22,027 bases of DNA from a candidate division FCPU426 bacterium. Its GTDB lineage: Bacteria > Oederibacteriota > JAAXVQ01 > JAUVAV01. The DNA lies in assembly GCA_030637655.1 (NCBI GenBank), contig DAOWGI010000088.1:1-22027 (forward strand), given 5' to 3'. Under the pieces are notes generated by a model, which saw only the letters and a list, made by a program, of their open reading frames with translations, did not search any database and was not told the origin of the DNA. This document shows, piece after piece, positions 16,746 to 22,027 of this stretch. Positions within the stretch are counted from its first letter, which is position 1. Each line of letters opens with the position of its first letter. The translations under genes were made by a program, and so were the position numbers.

Positions 16746-17678
16746 TTAATCATTTTGCATCCACGAGATTAACGTTTTGTTAAACTCGCGAGCTGTATGA
16801 TGACCGCTTTTTTTCAAGCGTTGATTCATGGCGGCAACTTCAATAATGATCGAAAGATTTCTGCCCGGACGAACCGGAATAATGATGCGGGGAAGATCAA
16901 TGCCCAGAATGGTATAGGTCAGTTCATCCAAACCAAGACGATCGTATTCTTTTTTATCATCCCATTCTTCAATAGTGGTCACCAATTCCACCCGTTTGCG
17001 GTCCCGAATAGCGCCAATACCAAATAAATTTTTGATATTGATAATACCCAATCCGCGTATTTCCATATGATGGCGTATCAATTCCGGACCAGATCCCATT
17101 AATATCCGCTCAGCCGTTCGTTTGATGTCCACCAAATCATCCGCCACCAAACGGTGACCGCGCTCCACCAAATCCAGAGCACATTCGCTTTTGCCAATTC
17201 CGCTCTGGCCTAAAATCAGCACACCAATACCATAGACATCCACCAGTGTGCCATGCAGTGATGTCTCAGGAGCAAATTTGTCTTCCAGGAAAATAGTCAA
17301 CTCAGCAATAAGTTTGGTAGTAGGCGTTTGGGATTTAAAGACCGGAATGTTTTTCTCTTCTACCGCCAAAAGCAGTTCTTCGGGCGGTTCCAGGCCTTGG
17401 GTAATAATAAAGCAGCAGACATCCCACTCCATGAGCTTACGAAAAATAGTGCGTACGTTTTCCCGGCCCAAACCCTGTAAAAAAGACAATTCGGTTCGGC
17501 CTAAGACCTGAATACGTTCGAAGGCGAAATAATCAAAATACCCGGCCAAGGCGAGTCCCGGGCGATTGATGTCCGGAACCGTCACCTTGCGAGTCAGGCC
17601 TTCACGACCGGAAATAAGTTCAAGCGAGAGTTTATCTTTTTGTTCTATATAAAATTCTTCAACGAGTAAATTAATCAT
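16746..17678 (-). CDS. hprK: HPr(Ser) kinase/phosphorylase
   Basis: RPGLALAG, HGTLVDVYGIGVLILGQSGIGKSE, LVADD, MEIRGLGII, PGRN. Confidence 0.97.
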   Translation of the reverse strand: MINLLVEEFYIEQKDKLSLELISGREGLTRKVTVPDINRPGLALAGYFDYFAFERIQVLGRTELSFLQGLGRENVRTIFRKLMEWDVCCFIITQGLEPPEELLLAVEEKNIPVFKSQTPTTKLIAELTIFLEDKFAPETSLHGTLVDVYGIGVLILGQSGIGKSECALDLVERGHRLVADDLVDIKRTAERILMGSGPELIRHHMEIRGLGIINIKNLFGIGAIRDRKRVELVTTIEEWDDKKEYDRLGLDELTYTILGIDLPRIIIPVRPGRNLSIIIEVAAMNQRLKKSGHHTAREFNKTLISWMQND

Positions 17679-17708
17679 AGGGTGATCGAAATCAGCCGAA
17701 GTCTACAC

Positions 17709-18173
17709 CTAGTGAGTGGCTTTCTCCTCTTCTTGGATTATCTTCACGATTTCTTCGGTGACCTGCGCGGCTGTGAGTTTGCGTCGAATGTATTTATCTT
17801 TCAACAAGCCGGAGATGCGAGCCAATGCCTTAAGATGCGCACCGGCGGTTCCTTCGGGGGCAACCAGTAAAAAGAAAATATAGACCGGCTCACCATCCAG
17901 GGCCTCAAAGGGCACGCCGGATTGGGAAAGACCAAAGGCCGCGGTCAGTTCTTTTACCGTATCGGACTTGCCATGCGGAATGGCAATACCTTGACCAATA
18001 CCCGTACTTCCCAATTCTTCCCTTTCCAAGAGGATCTGCACCATTTTCTTTTTATCGGTAACATTTCCGCCATTGACCAGGACGCCCACCAATTCTTCAA
18101 TCACTTCTTTTTTATTCTTGGCTTTCAAATCCACCGTAATGTTTTTTTCTGAAAGAAAATCCATAATACGCAT
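17709..18173 (-). CDS. ptsN: PTS EIIA of Ntr/fructose type
   Basis: REELGSTGIGQGIAIPHGK, HLKALARIS; canonical position after rpoN-hpf. Confidence 0.88.
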   Translation of the reverse strand: MRIMDFLSEKNITVDLKAKNKKEVIEELVGVLVNGGNVTDKKKMVQILLEREELGSTGIGQGIAIPHGKSDTVKELTAAFGLSQSGVPFEALDGEPVYIFFLLVAPEGTAGAHLKALARISGLLKDKYIRRKLTAAQVTEEIVKIIQEEEKATH

Positions 18174-18207
18174 ACTAGTTGCGCCTCCTTATTTTACAAA
18201 TACAAAT

Positions 18208-18738
18208 TTACTCCTTAACAAACAGTCGAAACGATCCGTCTTTTTGTTTTTCCAATACTGCCAATTGGCCGTTCTCCGCATCTTCAAAAACCAAAAACGA
18301 CTTACGCCGGCTCAGCAACTGCAAGACCGCTTCTTCCTGGGTCATGGGCTTGCCGGCAATGGTCTCCACATCAATCACCGGAGCTTGGCCGGCCGGCATC
18401 CTGATTTTCTCGCGCTGCGGGGACGTGGCAGTCCTGGCCCGTGATGTACTTTTTACATTAGTTAATTTCTCATGCTGACGCATTAATTGCCGGCCGATTT
18501 TTTCAGACAACAAGTCAACCGATTGATACATGTCCTTGGTGGTCTGCTTGCCGGTTACCGAATACGGTCCGTCTTTGGCGACCGCCTCAACCTGATGGCG
18601 ATATCCCTCCACCTCCAGTGTCACGTGCACCGCCGCATTGGGACCTAGAAACGTCGACCATTTTTTAAACCGTTTCCGGACATATTGACTGAAAGCCTTA
18701 GTAATTTCTAAGCGTCGTCCTGTAATGATTAGTTTCAC
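18208..18738 (-). CDS. hpf: Ribosome hibernation promoting factor, long form (RaiA/HPF)
   Basis: MKLIITGRRLEIT, DMYQSVD, C-terminal KPMTQEEAVLQL; directly after rpoN. Confidence 0.88.
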   Translation of the reverse strand: MKLIITGRRLEITKAFSQYVRKRFKKWSTFLGPNAAVHVTLEVEGYRHQVEAVAKDGPYSVTGKQTTKDMYQSVDLLSEKIGRQLMRQHEKLTNVKSTSRARTATSPQREKIRMPAGQAPVIDVETIAGKPMTQEEAVLQLLSRRKSFLVFEDAENGQLAVLEKQKDGSFRLFVKE

Positions 18739-18821
18739 TTTTTTCCCCTGCTTCTCCCGTCAAATCGTCGCGTCCGTTGGCAGCACAGCCCTCTACTGAC
18801 TACGCTCCCGTGCCAACGTGT

Positions 18822-20273
18822 TTATTCAAAATGCTTGCGTTGACTCGCGGGAAGGATATTTGACTCCTCCCGATACTTGGCCACGGTCCGGCGCGCAATG
18901 TTAAACCCTTGTTGGCCCAACAACTCGGTCAATTTTTGGTCTGACAGCGGCCGCTGTGGATTTTCCTGTGCAATCACTTCGTTCAGCGCTGCTTTAACAC
19001 TGGTTGATGAAACACCAACTCCATCAGCGGTTTTAATCTGGCTGCTAAAAAAGTACTTAAATTCATACAAACCACGAGGTGTCTGTATGTATTTCTGACT
19101 TGTCACCCGGGAAATCGTTGACTCATGCAGTTCAACCCTTTCAGCAATTTCCCGCAAGGTCAGAGGTTTGAGAAACTCAATCCCTTTTTCAAAGAAATCC
19201 ATTTGCACGTCTAAAATGGTTTCCACCACCCGGTACAAGGTCTTTCTTCGTTGGTCAATACTCTTCATTAACCAGGTTGCCCGTTGTAATTTGTCACTTA
19301 AAAATTTCTTGGTATCCTCGCCCACGTCCGCGCCTTTTCTCATTAATTTACGGTACGTATGGCTCAATCTTAATTCCGGTAATTGATCGTCGTTGATAAA
19401 AATAATGTACTGATCATCGTGTTTTTCCACTATCACATCTGGAATCACATACTGTATGTTGCCGGCAAAGGAGTGTCTTCCGGGATACGGATCCAGAGCG
19501 GCTATTACTTTCGCGGCCGCGATCACCTGATCTCGTGATATTTTTTCCGCCCGGGCAATAGCGTCTATGTGATGACGTTCAAGCGCCAAAAAATGTTTTT
19601 CAACTATTGTTTCCGCCAATTCATTACGGTTGGATAAATACCGCAACTGAATAAGCAGACTTTCTTCTACATTCCTGGCACCCACACCCACGGGTTCAAG
19701 GCTTTGCACGATCTCCAAAGCATCCGCCACGGCATCCGCATCACATCCCGCTGCTTGCGCGATTTCTTCCAAGGCCAGCGGAAAAAATCCCCGTTCATCC
19801 AAATTGCCGATAATCAGTTCGCCAATACGAAATTCTTTTTCATTCTTGCAGACCAAACGGAACTGCCAGAGCAAATGCTCTTCCAGCGTGGATTGCTTGG
19901 CCACCTGGGGTTCCATGTATTCAGTCCGTTTTTCACGACCGTATCTGGGAATTTCGTATTCTTCACTGTTCCAAAAATACTCATTCCAGCGATCTTGCTC
20001 TACTTCCGTAGTCTTGGTATGGTTCTCATCCAGATCAACTTCTTGTGTTCTTTCTCCCTTGGACCCCACCGAAGTATCTCTTATTTCCGGTTTAGAGGCA
20101 AGCGAATCTAATTCGCCGTTGTCCCCTTCTTCCAACATGGGGTTTTCCGCCAATTCCTGATTTACCATGTTGGCCAATTCCAGTGTAGGCATTTGCAAAA
20201 TCTTCAATGCCTGCTGTATCATGGGGGTTAGTACAAGTCTTGTTTCAGGTCGCAGAATTATTTTGGGTTCCAA
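18822..20273 (-). CDS. rpoN: RNA polymerase sigma-54 factor
   Basis: Region I TPMIQQALKILQ, HESTISR HTH, RpoN box ARRTVAKYRE; likely TTG start 20273 after SD GAAGGGA. Confidence 0.97.
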   Translation of the reverse strand: MEPKIILRPETRLVLTPMIQQALKILQMPTLELANMVNQELAENPMLEEGDNGELDSLASKPEIRDTSVGSKGERTQEVDLDENHTKTTEVEQDRWNEYFWNSEEYEIPRYGREKRTEYMEPQVAKQSTLEEHLLWQFRLVCKNEKEFRIGELIIGNLDERGFFPLALEEIAQAAGCDADAVADALEIVQSLEPVGVGARNVEESLLIQLRYLSNRNELAETIVEKHFLALERHHIDAIARAEKISRDQVIAAAKVIAALDPYPGRHSFAGNIQYVIPDVIVEKHDDQYIIFINDDQLPELRLSHTYRKLMRKGADVGEDTKKFLSDKLQRATWLMKSIDQRRKTLYRVVETILDVQMDFFEKGIEFLKPLTLREIAERVELHESTISRVTSQKYIQTPRGLYEFKYFFSSQIKTADGVGVSSTSVKAALNEVIAQENPQRPLSDQKLTELLGQQGFNIARRTVAKYREESNILPASQRKHFE

Positions 20274-20326
20274 AGCACATCCCTTCTCTCGCCAACCGAC
20301 CAAACATCAAACAAAAATGAATTCTG

Positions 20327-20365
20327 TTTTTGGTAACTACTCAGGTAGTCAGTAGTTACCAAAAA
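20327..20365. promoter_or_regulatory. 15-bp inverted repeat in the rpoN 5' leader
   Basis: TTTTTGGTAACTACT-9 nt-AGTAGTTACCAAAAA just downstream of the predicted TSS. Confidence 0.5.
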
Positions 20366-20379
20366 ATAACAGTTTGTGA

Positions 20380-20408
20380 ATTATAAAATCGTTTTTTTGA
20401 TTTGTCAA
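20380..20408 (-). promoter_or_regulatory. sigma70-type promoter of the rpoN-PTS cluster
   Basis: Minus strand TTGACA-17 nt-TATAAT, perfect consensus. Confidence 0.85.
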
Positions 20409-20441
20409 GAAATCAGGTTGCAGAATTGCTCCATTTTGCGA

Positions 20442-21203
20442 CTATTTGCCGTATTGTAATCGCTCTGCCAAGACATCCGGTAACTTGGCCTGGCGTATCT
20501 TTTTCTGTGCGCCTTCAATATTATAAGGCACATATCTAAACATGACTTCCCAGGGATCATCACAAAGCATTACCCAGCGTGCCCGCGGATCATTGTCTCT
20601 TGGTTGACCAACACTGCCAACATTGACTAAATACCGTTTATTGCCATCCAAGGTAAAAATGATCTGCTCTGCCTCTAATGCTTTGTGCTCTGTTTCCGGT
20701 TTCATGATCCGTATCGAGTCAAGGGCCAAGGCTTCTATGATCTTCGGAGTATGCGTATGCCCGAAAAAACAGGTTTTTTCTGAAAAAGCCTGCAATGCTC
20801 GTTCAATTTGCGTACGATAGACAAGATAATAAAAAGACAGTGGTTGATCCGGTGATCCGTGCACCAGACAGAGTTCCGCCTCTTTTTTTATCAATGGCCA
20901 GGTTTTTATCTTTTCAATGAGTTCCGGCGTTAATTGTTTACAGGTCCAGGTAATTGCCTCAAGTGCCATGGAATTCATATGCCTTCTCTCCGACATATGC
21001 AAAAGCGCGTTCTCATGATTGCCTTGAATAATACTGCTGCAGTTGTCCTGGATATGCCGCAGGCAGGCTACCGGATCTGCCCCGTATCCAACTACATCTC
21101 CCAGGCAATGGATCGTTTCCACTGAAAATGGTTGGATGTCTTCCAGCACAGCCTCTAGCGCTTCCAAATTCCCATGCACATCGGAAAGAATAGCAATTTT
21201 CAT
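20442..21203 (-). CDS. Calcineurin-like metallophosphoesterase
   Basis: SDVHGN, LGDVVGYG, GNHE, VHGSP, FGHTH, NVGSVGQPRD. Confidence 0.93.
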   Translation of the reverse strand: MKIAILSDVHGNLEALEAVLEDIQPFSVETIHCLGDVVGYGADPVACLRHIQDNCSSIIQGNHENALLHMSERRHMNSMALEAITWTCKQLTPELIEKIKTWPLIKKEAELCLVHGSPDQPLSFYYLVYRTQIERALQAFSEKTCFFGHTHTPKIIEALALDSIRIMKPETEHKALEAEQIIFTLDGNKRYLVNVGSVGQPRDNDPRARWVMLCDDPWEVMFRYVPYNIEGAQKKIRQAKLPDVLAERLQYGK

Positions 21204-21279
21204 AGGTCAACTCAGGGGTGAATTTCTTGTATAAAGGCATTTTAGCAAAAAAACCAGAAAAACAAAAACAATTCACCGC

Positions 21280-21305
21280 ATCCTGCACCACGTAGGGTGC
21301 AGGAT
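21280..21305. other. 10-bp stem hairpin downstream of the ferredoxin gene
   Basis: ATCCTGCACC-ACGTAG-GGTGCAGGAT; T-rich tract begins about 8 nt later on the minus strand. Confidence 0.4.
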
Positions 21306-21347
21306 TAATACCCAAAAAACGACACAAGAAGGCGCAAAGAATGAATT

Positions 21348-21370
21348 GTAGGGGCGAGGTGCCCTCGCCC
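21348..21370. repeat. Single GTAG-type REP-like palindrome
   Basis: GTAG-GGGCGAGG-TGC-CCTCGCCC; shares GTAGGGGC with the element at 17-83. Confidence 0.65.
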
Positions 21371-21412
21371 ACCAGACAAATCAATCAACAATCTTGATAT
21401 TTACCGGTCGAA

Positions 21413-21604
21413 TTATTCTTCGATTAAAATCGCTGCTGCCGGGCAATTAAGAGCTTCGTCTTTGGCCTTTTCCGCCAATTCTCCGTCCGGTGATTCAACC
21501 AAAACCTTGGCCAAACCATCATCACCCATTTCGAAAACTTCCGGTACATCTGTCACACACAGACTGCAGCCAGTGCATAATCCCGCATCAATAGTTACCT
21601 TCAT
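21413..21604 (-). CDS. Single-cluster ferredoxin
   Basis: CTGCSLC ... CPAAAI, 63 aa, acidic; SD AGGAGG. Confidence 0.9.
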   Translation of the reverse strand: MKVTIDAGLCTGCSLCVTDVPEVFEMGDDGLAKVLVESPDGELAEKAKDEALNCPAAAILIEE

Positions 21605-21622
21605 TGCATCCTTCCTCCTTCT

Positions 21623-22027
21623 TTATTTTTTAACGATATCATCCGTAGGCTTGCCAAGAAAAAGTCGTATGGCGTGCTCAATTTCCTCAATATCCACTAA
21701 GGTGTTTTTACACGGCCCCTCCGGCCGTTGAGTGGTAAAGGCCAGGACCGGTATCCGTCCGCGTAGATCCTTTATGCCCACCAACAGATCCCGCTCGCAG
21801 GCAACTGCCACAATCCCTTCAGGCCGGATTTGCGCAATGGCTTTCCGCGCTTCAGTCCCACCCAGAGCCACCATCTGGGATAGCCCATAACGCTCTTTTA
21901 GCTCCCCAAGTTGTACCATATTTTCCCGGCTCACACAACGGGGAAGCAGCAATAACAAGCGCAAGGGATCTTTGATCAGAGGCGGCAACACCTCAAAACG
22001 ATTGTAAACCAATATAAATGCGTGACC
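21623..22027 (-). CDS. DUF116-like protein, 5' end beyond window
   Basis: LLLPRC, GGTEARK, IVAVACERDL, GPCKNT; frame is open to the window edge. Confidence 0.7.
   Translation of the reverse strand, partial: GHAFILVYNRFEVLPPLIKDPLRLLLLLPRCVSRENMVQLGELKERYGLSQMVALGGTEARKAIAQIRPEGIVAVACERDLLVGIKDLRGRIPVLAFTTQRPEGPCKNTLVDIEEIEHAIRLFLGKPTDDIVKK

Noticed and set aside
18774-18818. TTGGCACG (perfect sigma54 -24 box) upstream of hpf on the minus strand
   Set aside because: The -12 position reads CGTA, not TTGC; the motif is better explained as one arm of a CGTTGGCA/TGCCAACG stem
9756-20355. Numerous 60-150 aa + strand ORFs opposite the PTS/rpoN genes
   Set aside because: Antisense to well-supported genes with no family motifs
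21013-21384. 123-aa minus-strand ORF
   Set aside because: Overlaps the metallophosphoesterase out of frame and runs through REP/hairpin DNA; no recognisable motif

Overview
Bacterial chromosomal core region; every credible gene lies on the minus strand. Reading 5'->3' (right to left): partial DUF116-like gene, ferredoxin, metallophosphoesterase, then a long cluster behind a perfect sigma70 promoter: rpoN-hpf-ptsN-hprK-rapZ-yvcK-mannose-type PTS EIIA/B/C/D-ptsH-ptsI-galU. It is followed by a WecG/TagA glycosyltransferase, a sigma54 enhancer-binding protein with a degenerate receiver domain, a stand-alone dnaK, a DegP/HtrA protease, metK and a probable outer-membrane beta-barrel protein. The most notable signal is regulatory: dnaK has no neighbouring hrcA/grpE/dnaJ or CIRCE but has a near-consensus sigma54 -24/-12 promoter with candidate enhancer sites, directly downstream of the atypical activator gene. 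degP has a candidate sigmaE-type promoter, and metK has a structured leader that matches no SAM riboswitch I recognise. Many intergenic spacers carry REP-like palindromes of several families, one apparently nested. No CRISPR array, tRNA/rRNA, transposase or phage gene was seen.
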